Part shown: piece by piece, positions 28,262 to 41,321 of the stretch
Layout of the letters: every line of letters begins with the position of its first letter
Numbering within the stretch: position 1 is the stretch's first letter
NCBI GenBank assembly: GCA_964304625.1
Contig: OZ199839.1
Location: 2,110,093 to 2,174,092 of the forward strand
Reading direction: 5' to 3'
Source: Kudoa neothunni
Taxonomy: Eukaryota > Animalia > Cnidaria
DNA length: 64,000 nucleotides
Program-made: the position numbers and the translations under genes
Notes under the pieces: model-generated
What the model was told of the DNA's origin: nothing
Databases searched by the model: none
What the model saw: only the letters and a program-made list of their open reading frames with translations

Positions 28262-29656
28262 ATGTATTTCGGGCCAGGCCGGCGTATATCTGTTAAAATG
28301 AATACACCTTCACTCCCTATCAGCGCTGAACGTATAACTCAATTTCATTCGGCCCTAAACGAGAAGTACTACAATGCTGATCGTTCATATGAGCAAATAT
28401 ATCAATTGATGCTGGAGCTGGAAGTAATTTCAGCCATGTTATGCGCTCATAAATTATTATGGATATTAGAATTATTTGGCTAAATGTGATTTTACTCCAT
28501 CAATACTTTCTGATACTAGCAATGATAAACTCACCATTAATGCACAATTAAGTAAGTAAATTGTGCTTAATTAGAAAAAGTTTTGAGTTACTAATTTGCT
28601 CTCTCATTCATCAGGGGATTGTTTTGAGATTGGAGCAAAAATTGCTCTACGTATGCACAAATCCAGCAACTTTGAAACATGGATCAATGTTGTTTTGCTT
28701 ATCTATATCAATTTCGAGTAATTGTTATATATATAAAATAATAGATAAATTGTTTGAATATTGACAAAATTCACAAATTATATAGGGGAGTTTTAAGTGG
28801 TTCACTCGAAGCTGAACGGATGTTTTCTTTGTATTTATTAAAATTGATCAGTTTGAACAATTGTAACGAATACAACTGTGTATGATGGAGTTATTGAAGT
28901 GCCTCTCTTTGATGAATTATCTTAGATGATTGAGAAAATCCCATATACTATACTTGAGACAGGGACATTGATTAAGATTCCATTAGAACTTCATATGGTT
29001 ATTTATTCTTTGGTTTTTTCACTTTTTTTAATTAGGTTTTTGTTTAGAACTTAACGTCATTGAATTTTGGACATGTATAAGATAGATCCATTGGTTATGT
29101 ATTAGATTATAACAATTAAATCATCTAGGTCTATCGTATTCTAAATAATATCAAAGATGATATCGATTTTGTTAATTTTATTGGTCCTATTGTTTTTCTA
29201 ACCCGATGTCAACAAGCGGCAACTCTTGAATGCACTTGTACTAATGTGTCAGTTGGGGATGTGGCACGATTATTCAGACTTGAAAGTGAGGTCGAAGCTG
29301 AAGCATTTATTAAACTACAGGTTGGTTTTCGCTTTAATCACGATTGGATCTGTTTTTGATTATGCTTGTTACAGAGTGGATGGATGATTGACGGAAACAA
29401 AATGGTCACTTTTGGCAATACTACTCGTCCTGCCGATAAACCCGTTGTTTTCACGATTGATTCTGACCTTTCACAGCGAGCCTGTGTCCACTTGAACACC
29501 CCTTTTGAGTTTTGTTCTCAGTGCTATACAGATGATGTTGCGAATAGTCGTCGAATTGAACTCACTATGGATGTGCCAAAAGGCTATCCAGTTCAGACGG
29601 TCAAAGCTATTAAAGATTATGGCAGTTTTATTAATTTGTTTGATTCATTATTATGA
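28262..29656 (+). CDS. PSMD8: Divergent 26S proteasome lid subunit RPN12/PSMD8-like (PCI domain), multi-exon
   Basis: Spliced translation gives RDCFEIGAKIAL..SSNFETWI (cf. RDILEIGAQWSI..PSFERYM), FSLYLLKLISLNN, IKIPLELH, QQAATLEC...VARLF...SGWMI and terminal AIKDYG; short GT-AG introns. Confidence 0.8.
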
Positions 29657-31686
29657 TTCAAATAACCCTACTTATAAAAAATATAAAGTGGTCTTTTGTT
29701 GTTTACAATAAGACTCATTCAATGCTTGTGCGTAATTATAGTGAAACGATTATGATTGGATGACATGAATATTTTATATATTAAGTTGTTAGCTATAAAA
29801 TGTGATAAATGTGAAGAGAGTTATTACTTTTGTTTATTTAACGTAATTGTTGTTAAACCTATAATAATTTTACAGATGCACAGTTGTTTTTTAATATTTA
29901 TTTAAGCTAGAATTTCGATATAAAACCTTGTTTGACTACTGTTGAATTGTGCGGTAGATAAAAGCCGGCGTTATTAATGTAAATGCGTGTACCTTAGATT
30001 AAAATTATTTAATTAAAATTATTAGATTAAGTCTCAATATTCAAATTGATCGGATTTTGATTGTAAATTTTCGACAGATTGATGGATTATATTGGGCAGG
30101 TGTATTGAAACTTCAACTTTCTGACGATTAAAATAGAACGTATAGACAGCGAGCATTAGCTTGGGTGCAATGCAATGTGGCTGTAATTTCAAACAACAAA
30201 GAGATCATTGCATCTACGCCCCTATTCTGTAATGGGTTTCCTATTTATAGTGTATGCTGACTTTTTGTGTGTTATATCTACAGCTAAAATTCAATCTAAT
30301 TAAGAGGGCCCAGTCAGACATTGAGTCATCATGGAGGTATTAGACAGTAAAATTTGCGAACTTCAGAGAGTCCAAGGGGTTGATATTGAGGGGATTAGAA
30401 ATTGAGGTGGTGGTCACTCTGACCCATGGATGTCCAGTTTTTTTTGTTTACAAGGTAAAATCCCTGGCTCAACCAATCAGGAAGTGAGGTTATGACCTAT
30501 TTGACAAGTGTTTTCTAACCTTTTTTCTATCGCGCCCTACTTTTTCTTGAAAAAAATTCCATGTCTTATCTTTTGCAAAAGTATTGATTTTTTATAAGTT
30601 AAACTGTTTATAACATTGAATAATATTCTCTATCGAATTAAAACATGAAAGCAATTAATATATACTCTTTTTTTCGTTCCGTCAAAAACAGCGTCAAATG
30701 AAACTCGTGGCAATCCAACCTTCATTAGGAAACAGTCTCGTGTATACGGGGTTAATAAACGGAACATAAATAATATAGATAAAAAATTAATCCATATTAT
30801 ATTAGGTTTAATCAAAAAAAGGGGGTATACGATTCTAAATGAGACAAGATTGAGATTCGAACCATTCTGATTCTATTCGGGTGAAGGACACGTTAAATAA
30901 TATTATTAATTTTTATATAATTAGTCATTTAAAAATAAGCGATATCGAAAGTCGTGATGTTGACTTCAAAGTACTTCATACTGCCCAATTATCTCACCAT
31001 TATCCGTTCCCCACCAAAATTTTTTTACGCATCGCGTTAGGAGACACTACGTTAGACCATCCCCATTAACGTTGTAAGCATCGCAGGACGAGTAAAATCT
31101 ATCCCCTTATCTTTCTACAGCAATGTAAAAATTTAACACAATAAACATGCTCGTTCGCTGGGCAACCGCCACCCCAAACCCTATCCATAACGTAAGGGCT
31201 TTGGCTATACAAAGATTTAAAGTCTGTCAGTGCATCCCAGCAATTCAAACGTCTAATTCAATATTCTCTGCTAGATCGAACTATAACAATGACCCTAATT
31301 GGAGGATAGAAACACACATGTACGGAGACAGTAGGCTGATCAATTGTGGGAATTGAACTTCATACCTGGGGGTATAGGGCTTAATCACCGTATCGCTGGT
31401 TTTTCAGTTCTCTCCTTAAGTGTGTCTAGTCGGTTGAATTTTCACACTACCGAAAAAAATGTGGCGAAAGGTTCCGTGTGACAATCCATATTAACTACAA
31501 TGTTCGGGATCGAGGTCCGAATAGTCATAATACCAAAACTGAACAATTTTCCTCGTGAATTTTATCGTAAAATATTGAAGTTGCAAATATTTTGTGAAGA
31601 AAGATAATTTATCACAATCATGGATTAAAAAGTTTTGATGTACGAAATAATGCTACTATTATTTAATTGGGATTTCAATCACATTA

Positions 31687-32899
31687 TCAAGCTCCTCCCG
31701 AACTATTCTCTTCTTGCTGAGAAGTAGGAGGAGTTGTAGATGTGCCTTTAGATTTCTTTCTTATCTGGTTTATAACTGTGGTAAATCTTCCGTGAATATC
31801 GTCTTGGTATTTTCGGTAGAGCAGCGCCACCATCGAAATCAACACCACTAGTATTAATAAACCACCAATACCCATCATAACTGATCTTGGATTTTTCGCT
31901 AAAGCCGAAGTTTCCAGAGTCTAAAAACTTTGAATAAGGAAAAAAATTATGATTTACATCCTTAAGCAATTCTTTTTGAATTTCTATTGTGTTATTGGCT
32001 GGTCCACCTAATTCTGGAACCAACTTAGCTTACAATACAATTTTCAAGCATTTTACCAGGTACCGCTTCATAGTAACAACTGTAGAGTAGAATATTGTAA
32101 TCTCTGTCGGGATTGGGTCCAAAAGGAACTTCTCCGGAAATTTTATCTCGATTACCCTCATCGTTATCGTCAAAAAACAAAAACTCCAAAATGGCCTACA
32201 GTTAATCACATGTTAGAAAATTATTCAGAAAGGAAAATAATTTCTACAAAATTACTTTCATTCCCTTGACACTTTGACAAGTTCTATTCTTGTATGGGAA
32301 TAAATAGAAAGGTGTGTCAGTGGGAAGTTCCATCGGAAGGTCTACACTACCCGAATCAGTGCAGCAGAAGTAAATCAAGGTAGTGTTTGCGGTGTATTCA
32401 CCATCTGGAGTACTTCCTTCGTGACTGTTAGGAAGATCTTGTTGCGATTTCTCATCATCCCAAAAAATACTTCCTGATTCGAAATTGGCGGGACACTCTC
32501 CTTTTTTGTAGATACAATATTTACCGAAAGGCCATTGTATCGTGGTGCTGGAACTGTTAGAGGATGGTTGAGTGGTATTGTCGGCTAACTTCATACAAAA
32601 TGTTTGTTCAATACCTCTGTTATTGAATACACCACTCATATGATAACTAGAATTTGACCTTCTATTTATGTTTTGATCATCCTCAGTGTTATGATAAACA
32701 GATCCGCTCTGCCAACCAGATGGACAACCTGTTGTTGGTTCAGGTAGACCATATGTGCCAGTAGGCCATTTCACATTGGAATCTTCTGTCTTTGTTGCCC
32801 TCAATATTAAACCTAGAACAGATTTTTCTCATATACATACCGATACAAAACAACAACAAAAATACAAAAAGTGATTAAATAAAAATATCTTTTAATCAT
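31687..32899 (-). CDS. Apextrin-like (ApeC domain) type-I membrane protein
   Basis: Hydrophobic signal-peptide exon from ATG 32899 (needs one-base correction near 32868); WPTGTYGLP...GCP.GW..G, WPFGKYCIYKKG.CP.NF..G.IFWDDE, FCC, LPT..PFYL, C..V.GM, EFLFFDD, CYY motifs; TM segment MGIGGLLILVVLISMVALLY then RK and a short tail. Confidence 0.88.
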
Positions 32900-33136
32900 T
32901 TATTATTTCTCAATAGAAACGCCCCTTCATCTATTCACACAATATTTGTTAGCGTTCATTCATCTGTGGTTACCAATCACTACCGCAATCCATAGCAAAA
33001 TTCAATCAATTAGTTTTAGATATAAAGAAATGAAAATTTTTTCATTATTGTATTTAACATTTTTAAACTTTGTAATATAAATTTTAATTTTTCGTTCAGA
33101 AATGTTTGGTAAATGACTATAATACTAAATTCATAT

Positions 33137-33230
33137 TTGTAATTATATATATCAAATTATTCTTTTAGTTTTAATTAACTATATACCAACTAAAAAACTA
33201 AAAGAATAATTTGATACATATAATTCACAA
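33137..33230. repeat. Long AT-rich inverted repeat (32-bp arms, one mismatch, ~21-nt spacer)
   Basis: AATTATATATATCAAATTATTCTTTTAGTTTT (33141-33172) is the reverse complement of AAAACTAAAAGAATAATTTGATACATATAATT (33194-33225). Confidence 0.85.
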
Positions 33231-33560
33231 GAACCCTTATTAAATAAGTGAATACGTTTACATTAACCAAATCCTAGATTAATTTGGTTTAAAATTAAAT
33301 TACAATGATTCAGTTTATGAATGAGATAGATTTTATATAAAAAAAGAAACTAATTTAATATAATTTTTGGTTTTTTTGAAAAAGTTTTGAAGCTCACAAT
33401 ACTCTTTTACGTAAAATGAAAAAAATGATAAATTTAAATTAGCTGCTTCTATATTTAACAAATTGTTAAAATTGAATTATTCACAAAATTTTTATTATAA
33501 ATTAAAAACATAATTAACTAACCTACATATTCATAATCTTTGATTTAATCACTTATATCA

Positions 33561-33566
<6 letters not shown>

Positions 33567-33591
<25 letters not shown>

Positions 33592-33592
33592 T
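33567..33592. repeat. (AT)n microsatellite
   Basis: About 13 uninterrupted AT units. Confidence 0.95.
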
Positions 33593-34797
33593 CAGGAACA
33601 ACACAAATAATGACTATATAGAAAAATAATATCATTTATACTTTTAAGATATTTGTTCAGAGCTTCGGTAAACGAATCTTGCTTTAATTGTTTCATTTAG
33701 AAACAAGTTGAAAATCATTCGGGAATATTTTATTTTTCAATTAAAAAGAACTTAATTTTATAAAAATTTTTGTATATTACAAAAGCTACTCAGTCAGCTA
33801 CGAAATATGTGAAGTTTTATACGTTAGCGTTACAGAAAAGGGATTTGTTACTATGGTCACCGAGTGGGTTCAACATGAGTAAATTTTATTTTAACTTTAA
33901 TTAATACTTTTTTCGTCACAATATATAAATTATAACGAGGAAAAATTAATTAATAATATTATCATGTCTAATAAAAATTAATTGATTATTAATTTTAATC
34001 GTGCTAATTGAGAAATATTAAAGCGATCATTGATTCATGCGTTCTTTTAACGCAATATAGATTTCCAACAATAAAAATCTATATAAATTTTTATTACATT
34101 GTTTAATAGTTTATTTGTTGAACAAAATAATTGTAATGATTCATTTTGTTTATATTACACATAGGATTCCTTCAATTTAAAGTAGCTAACCTTAAATATA
34201 ATAGATTCAATAAAAATAATAATGTCTATCACCAATAAACAGGAATTGTTAACATCAAAAACGACAGCGTGCACACGCACAAACTAGAATTAGGATTAAA
34301 TTCGTCTTTAAGAATAATCACGGACATTTATTAATATATCTGATTAGAAAGTTCATTAAACATATGTGTTACAGATTAATTATCGCGCAGATCTCCCTGT
34401 CGTTATTGTTTGTTACAGGTGTGTTTCCATGCGCGTGACTACAACAAATTACAATTGATTTTTTTCTGTAGAACCTCTAAAATATTAGTTTTTTAAAAGG
34501 TTTAAACCAACTATAAGTGAAATCTTACTTATTAATAGCATAGCATTAATTTTTTATCAAATATACAGGGACTCATTTGAATTGTTCGGATTGGCAAGAG
34601 TTTAATTTATAATAATAAGGATTACACAGGAATAATTTAGCAAAAAAATATTAAGACTGGTAATAAATTATGGGTTAATTAAAAAATTATGACTCTAAAT
34701 TAAATATATCCACTTTTTACAAACTTGTGTTCCTAAAGAATTATTTCCAAAAATTAGTTCGAACTTATTTGAATTTTACGCACGCGCGAACCGTAAC

Positions 34798-35812
34798 ATG
34801 TTAAATTCTTTTTGTTCCAGGTTACCGGGAGTTATAACAATACAATCGATTTCTAAATTCAATTTCCTGAAATCCTCCAATTTTTTTCGTCAAATAAATA
34901 CCACCAGAAACAACGGTAACGGGTTCCATTTGTCTGTTGGTTTATCTAATTCAAATTTGAATTGAAGACAGAGAAAATTCTTCCAATGTCGATGCTAAAA
35001 CCGCTAAATTACCAGTGTTATATCACACGATAGCAGCTGTTAGTTTGTTATTATTTGGTACGGCATTTGGCTTTCTAACAGTGCCACTCTACAGATTGTT
35101 CTGCCAAGTAGCTTCAATGATGGAGAATGTGTTGTGGAAAATTATCGTTGTGAAATTTAGCAAACGGGTTTTGGCGGGAAAGTCCAAGAGAAAACCTCAA
35201 TGATCGATATAGAGCCACAAGAAGGGAAATTTGTTACTGTACGATTCGACAAGATGGTTCACCCATCTTTGCCTTGGGAATTCATTCCTCAACAAGAACA
35301 GATAACTGTATTTTAATCGCGAATTATAAGTAAAATCGCTGTGTGTAGGTGACGGTAGGAGAACCTGCTCTAGCTTTTTACAAAGCTATAAATGTGTGTG
35401 ATCATCCCATCACCGGTATATCGACCTACTCTATGGTTCCATTCTATATGGCGAAATATTTTGTAAAGGTTCAGGTATTTGGTTGTTTGAGATGTTTATG
35501 CGATGATTGTGTTTGGTTATTAGTGTTTTTGTTTCGAAGAGCAGCGACTTGAGCCTGGTGAAGAGGTAACAAGTTTTATTCCATTCTCTATGTTGCTTTG
35601 ACACACAAATATTAAAGTTAATGTGTGTTTGTTTGTATTTCTAGGTGGATATGCCAGTATTCTTCTATGTTGATCCAAGTATTTTGGAGTCGCCAGCCTA
35701 TTACCAAGGAAATTACGCCATTCTCAATTACATGTTTTTCAAATCGAAATCTTCGGAATACTATGAAAAACTTAGATCTGACGATTCTTTGCCGTTGCCT
35801 AAAATTGCCTAG
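34798..35812 (+). CDS. COX11: Cytochrome c oxidase copper chaperone COX11 (6 exons)
   Basis: VPLYRLFCQ|QTGFGG, LPWEFIPQQ, GEPALAFYKA.N, ITGISTY, YFVKVQ|CFCFEEQRLEPGEE|VDMPVFFYVDP; presequence-like first exon; all junctions GT-AG and in frame. Confidence 0.96.
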
Positions 35813-35964
35813 GATTTATTTTGTTTTTATATGTCAAATATTTATGCAAACAAATATTTATGCAAACGGGGATATATTTTAAATCAAATCAAAAATATTA
35901 AATGTAATAAGTCTATTAGTTAAATCTTATCTCTCTAAGAATGACCAATTATCAGACTATCTAA

Positions 35965-36832
35965 TAGGGGGGTGTGCAACCGGGTTCGATTGGGTTGCCG
36001 GGCCGGATGACCGTGCTAAACTAGAAGGCGGGCTAGAATATGTATCATTTCTTTAGATGGAAAAATTTTTCGAAAGAAATTTAGAAATTAGCTTAGTAAA
36101 TTTATATTTTGGTATTGAAAAGAATACGTTTTCATTGCAGTGCTAGAAATGAAATAACGAAAGTTCGACATTTATTATGCGGAAATGACTAGTTCTATGG
36201 AATTACTACTTCAAAATTTACCCAATTTTATTGGTATTGAATTTAATATTTAGTATATTACATGATAGTTCAAAGTCTTAATGAACAACTATTAGTCGTT
36301 TCCGTTTGTAACAATAAGACTAATATCATACAATCAGTGAAAATAAGTAAATAATTTGGCTGGGAGAATATTTTAATCCTTATTTTGTTTTTTAAATATT
36401 TATATTCGGAAAAGAGAGATAATATTTAATTATTTTCGTCTATTTTGCCATTAAGCTTCTTTATGCGCCGAAAAGATTAATTACAAAAATCGAGGAATTA
36501 TACAAGTACTATCTAATATAAAAATATTTTAACCTTTTAAGTAAAGAGAGGTAGATTTCTACCCCATTTTTATTAGGAGGGTGGAAAATTTTCAGCTACT
36601 TAAAAGGTTAACCTTATCACTGCTCTCCCGTTCGCGGGCCGGTGTTGCCGAACCCCGATCTATTGGGTTAAACTGTAAAATGGTTATGACATCGTTACAC
36701 ACAATTTTTTTTCAAATGTGTGCTCACTGTATATCTCGAGGCAAGTATATGATTGTTAGATTGTAACTCTGAAGATAGCGAGCTCGATTCCAAATCACAA
36801 TAATTTTACCGGTTCTGAACTGTGCAACCCTA
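35965..36832. mobile_element. Putative non-autonomous hAT-type element
   Basis: TAGGG..TGCA termini (left TAGGGGGGTGTGCAAC, right GTGCAACCCTA) with CCGG-rich subterminal repeats; TSD poorly preserved. Confidence 0.45.
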
Positions 36833-37191
36833 ATTACTAATGGAAACTAGAGTTGAAACGTGCGATCACAGTTACGCTTATTAAATCTACAATTAAGTTA
36901 GATCCAATGGAAAGATGAAAAGGGTCTGATTAGACCAGTGTCCCCTAACCTTTTTGGTTCACGGACCCTCGAATAACTAAGCTAAATGAATACAAACCTC
37001 TTATTATATTAACTATTCATATTTATAATATTATTGTTCCAAAAATTATGTATATAAAGCCGGGAATTTCAAAAGTTAAATTTTTACGTGTAAAAGCCTT
37101 CTCACGGAGCATCCCAAATTAGTGAGGAATCCCCTGGGACCCGCAAACCGTAATTTGTGAAATACTATTATTGATCAGCCCAAATTTAAAG

Positions 37192-37405
37192 ACAGATCAT
37201 TGGCACGGCAAAATTTAATCCTAAACAGCATGTACGCGTGCGAATCGGTAATTTTTAATCCCAGTAACTCTCATTTACAAGCTATATACAAAGTTAATTT
37301 TTTAATTTCTGTTAAATTTAATTTTCTGACATATCCCTTCGCTCTTAAGGTTCAGAAATAATTAAATACAGTCAAAAATGATGCCAACTAAATATTATTT
37401 AATGT
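37192..37405 (+). repeat. ~220-bp dispersed repeat, copy 2
   Basis: Similar to 13433-13650. Confidence 0.7.
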
Positions 37406-37550
37406 AAAAATAGTCACTTCCAAATTTAAATGTATTAGTAAATAAATTACGAAAATTTTGAATTAAATTTCCTCAAAGGCACAAAAATATCAAAAACAAA
37501 CTACAAACGACAATAAATTCTTTTACATAATATCAAATAGTTCGTTGTGG

Positions 37551-40500
37551 TTAAAAAATAATTCCAATATATATTTTTACAATTGTTTTCCGATAGTAGC
37601 AATGTTCGAAGCCACACAAACATCCAAAGGGTTTTTTATTCCAAAAGGTTTCACCATAACTCATTCTAAATGTGGTATAGATCCAACAAATGAATTTAGT
37701 AACGTCATGAATAATCAAGAAATCAAATTAGCAAGGAAATATTTTCAAAGTAAAAGACTTACGACAGTGATTCTCCTTTTTTGATTCTTCTTTTGTTGAA
37801 AAAACAAATATGAGGCAGTCGCATATCCTAGTTGGAATTTAAAAGCGCTTACTAACTAACAGTATACATGATGATCGAAAAAACACTCGAAAAGATTCAA
37901 GATTGGGATTGCAATGATGATTAATGAATCGGGACACATTACCCATATTGATAAGAATCGACACAGAAAAGATCCCCTTCTTCGGCGGTGTCTATATCGT
38001 GAAGGTAGTCGTCGTTTTCTTTTTGGTTGGCTTCATTGTTGGAGCAGATTTTTCCTACATACTCACAGATGAAAGTGCCTACCGGCACATCTTGGTCCAC
38101 GGTCAAGGAATAACCTATCTCAAAATAATTAACCATGTCATTTAATAATAATTATTATAATAAGAAAGATGGACAATATATGTATTATTACCGACATTCG
38201 GAGTTTTTGATGAGTTTTAACGATACTTGTATGCCGAATTGAACAACTCTTGATGAGCAACTCAAGCTGCATGTACACTTTTCATTACATTCATAAATTA
38301 GTGGTCTATCGATTATTTTGATATCGTTGATTTTGACAAGTCTCTATCAACAACAGCAAAATCAACATGATTTATTTGTGATTACGGCAGCATATAATAT
38401 TTAATTTAATTTCTAACAATTCCTACCTTATTTTCGTACCAAATTGTTTTTTGATAAGAGAGGTTTCGGCATGAGCAAAAATCACTCAAAGCACAATCCC
38501 CAACGCAGTTACAACACTGTAATGTGTACATTTAAACATTGTCACAATAGAACTTCGCAAAAACACCACTTACAGACATATCATTTCTTATTTTGATGTA
38601 GTTGGGGAAGATATTTTTCTTCACATACACATAATGTGGTGGTGGCAGATCATCGAGATAATTCACAAGTGGAATAGCTTTATCTTCAATTCCAAAAGTG
38701 ATATCTCTATTAGGTATGTAATTTTATTTCACCTAATCAAATAAAACTGTACACATACGTTGTTGTTAGAAGTGGTTGGGGTTTGTTAGCTCGGTAGGTT
38801 TCGATGAGATCTCTTAGGATGAGTTTGCATGTTTCCGACTTAGAAATCTACGTTCATATAAATAATTAAGTGAGACGAATCAAACATCAAAAACAAAATG
38901 GGAAATGCCTCTATTGCATTACTCAATCACTTTACCGATTTTATTTTAGAAACAACAACAAAAATTTTAAAAAAATTAAATAAGGTAGCTCATTATTTTT
39001 AATTCCTTATGTCTTATTTAGTTTAACAATTGTCAAAACTTATCTGCCCGTAGAATATTAAAAAGTATCAGACAAAATGCAACTCCCTCGATTAAAAGTA
39101 ACATTCTAGAAGACGAATGAGCAGAAATATCGATTTTGCATTAGGGCACGACAGCATACATTGATAGGGAAAAGATTGTTATTGTTAGGTATGGATGGAT
39201 CCGAGCCTATCTGTAAAAGAAACTTGACCATTTTCATGTTATTTTTGCTGACTGCAATAAAGCTATATAAATTTGTGTAATTAATGAAATATTACTTTGC
39301 TACAGGTTTAATAAAAAATCAAATCTTACAGAGGAGTTTCTCCTAATTTGTTTTTTATGATTTGGATAGCATTCATAGTTTGACAGCAGAGTCACGGCAT
39401 CAAACATATTGTTTAATACGGCTAAATGGAGCGCGTTGTTGCCGTCCTATCAAGAATAAGTAAATAGTTAGAGATTAATGTTGTAAACAAGCAAAAAAAT
39501 TACTGCATCACGAATACTTAAATCAGCGCCAAAATCAAGAAGAACTTTGGCAACAGGAAGACTTTGGTTGATAAACAATGAACCACATCACAGGGGAATA
39601 TCGTTGTACGTTGTCTAGGATATTGAAATCAACCTTCAACCGAAGGAGGATGTGCAAAAATTTCAGGTTGATTATATATCACAGCGTACGTAATAAGATT
39701 CATATTGAAAATATTCTATTTTGTGATGTAAGAATAATAAGCTAGTTGAATTAACCTTGTGATGAATATTTGAGCCCATTAAAATGAGAGCAATAAAATT
39801 GTGCAATTTTCCATATTTAACACAGAAAAACTAGATCACATTTGGAACAAATATCAAGTTATAAGTTCAGTCGTTATGAATAATGGAAATGTTACCGTTG
39901 GAAGATTGAGGTCGTCATCAAGCAAATCCACAAAACCATTTGACTTGTTAAGGCCAATTAATTTAACGACATAGCATGTTAATCAACTTACAAGATAAAG
40001 CAGTCCAAACAAATTGGATACAGTGCCATATTGTGCCATATAATGTAGAATAGATTTGCCATTCATTAGATTAAACAAAGTATATATGATAGTTGTGCAC
40101 TACAGCAATAATACACATTAAAATGAGATACAAAAATGAATTGAATAGAGATGTTTTTTATGATCGTATTAAATCATTCACATAACTACAACATACAGAG
40201 CAAGGTTAACACCGCCGAAATCTTGTTAGCCTTTACACAGTCGTACGATATCAACACGATCAAAATGGGGCAAATTGATAAGGTCCATCTTAATGTGTTG
40301 ATATAATTGAGATGTTAATTACATCTGCTGCTTACTTTCAACAATTTTTTGGACCTAAATAAAAAGATAAATTTAATAAAAATATCGCCAAAATATTCTC
40401 ACATTGTACTATCGTTTTCGTCGTTTGGACAGCTACAATACAAATAATAATATACTTTTTTAAGTGAGATGAATATTTTAAAACCAATATAATATTAAAA

Positions 40501-41321
40501 TCGAATCAATCCTTTATTAGTATTATACACTCACACATTAAAAACATACATGTATCCACGAATTTCTTTAATTATTCTATTCAACTCGTCCACATGAACA
40601 ATATAATTTATAAGAAAGGCTATATGATAATTGAAATCCAAGCAACCTATATTAACTCTATTTACGTGGTACCACAGTTGTTTTCAAATAGTTGGAATAG
40701 ATCTCTTTTAGGTTCTCTAGCGTTGAATCACTATGATATGTTGTATATCAATCAATTTTATATGATTTTATTGTGTATGAAGGATTAAAAACAAATTTAA
40801 ACAATAATAATAAAACTCACATTATTTCGACAGATGGCACCAAACCATCGCTACGACTCAAATCTAACGTAATTATAAATGCATATCATCCTACATTGGC
40901 TTATTACCATCGGAATTAGATTGATTATCCATAGTTTTTGCTAAATCCAATCGAAATAGTTTTTTCATCCCTCACGTTGAACTTGACATTCTCTTAAAAT
41001 GAAATCAGGAAATATGTTAGATTGGAAGTAATTACGCAAATAAACATCAAGCTGATAACTTGTTGCAGTCCCTTTAAATCTTTCACTGCATTCCAAATGC
41101 AACAATAAATAAAAATAAAAAACTTCCAAAAAATTACAGCACGTCACAATAATTCGACGATGACACAGCCGTAACGTATGAGAATATATCTGAACTGATC
41201 TGTTCGTATTAGATTTATTTTTTACTGCGTAATTATCAATTAAAAGGATTACATCTTCAAGAATCTCCTCGACCCGGACTTTCTTCCAACTCATTGCGCC
41301 CACTTGAACGCGCATTGCCAT
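37551..41321 (-). CDS. EHMT: EHMT/G9a-like H3K9 methyltransferase (ankyrin repeats + pre-SET + SET + post-SET), many short exons, several frameshifts
   Basis: Ankyrin pieces (GKSILHYMAQYG, KVLLDFGADLSIRDA, GNNALHLA), DITFGIEDKAIPLVN, CCNCVGDC..CSC, LIYECNEKCTC..CSSRVVQFG, GTFICEYVG, YGNVSRFINHHCNPNL, RLPHICFF, YGETFW, CLCGFEHC. About six small insertions must be removed to keep the frame; N-terminal exon structure is approximate. Confidence 0.88.

Noticed and set aside
31165-31195. Telomerase-template-like CCCCAAACCCTA
   Set aside because: Does not match a TTAGGG template, and no supporting structure is seen.
31355-31480. U1 snRNA-like words (TACCTGG, ATCAC, AAATGTGG)
   Set aside because: Lacks the exact ACTTACCTG 5' end, the TTGCAC loop and a properly placed Sm site.
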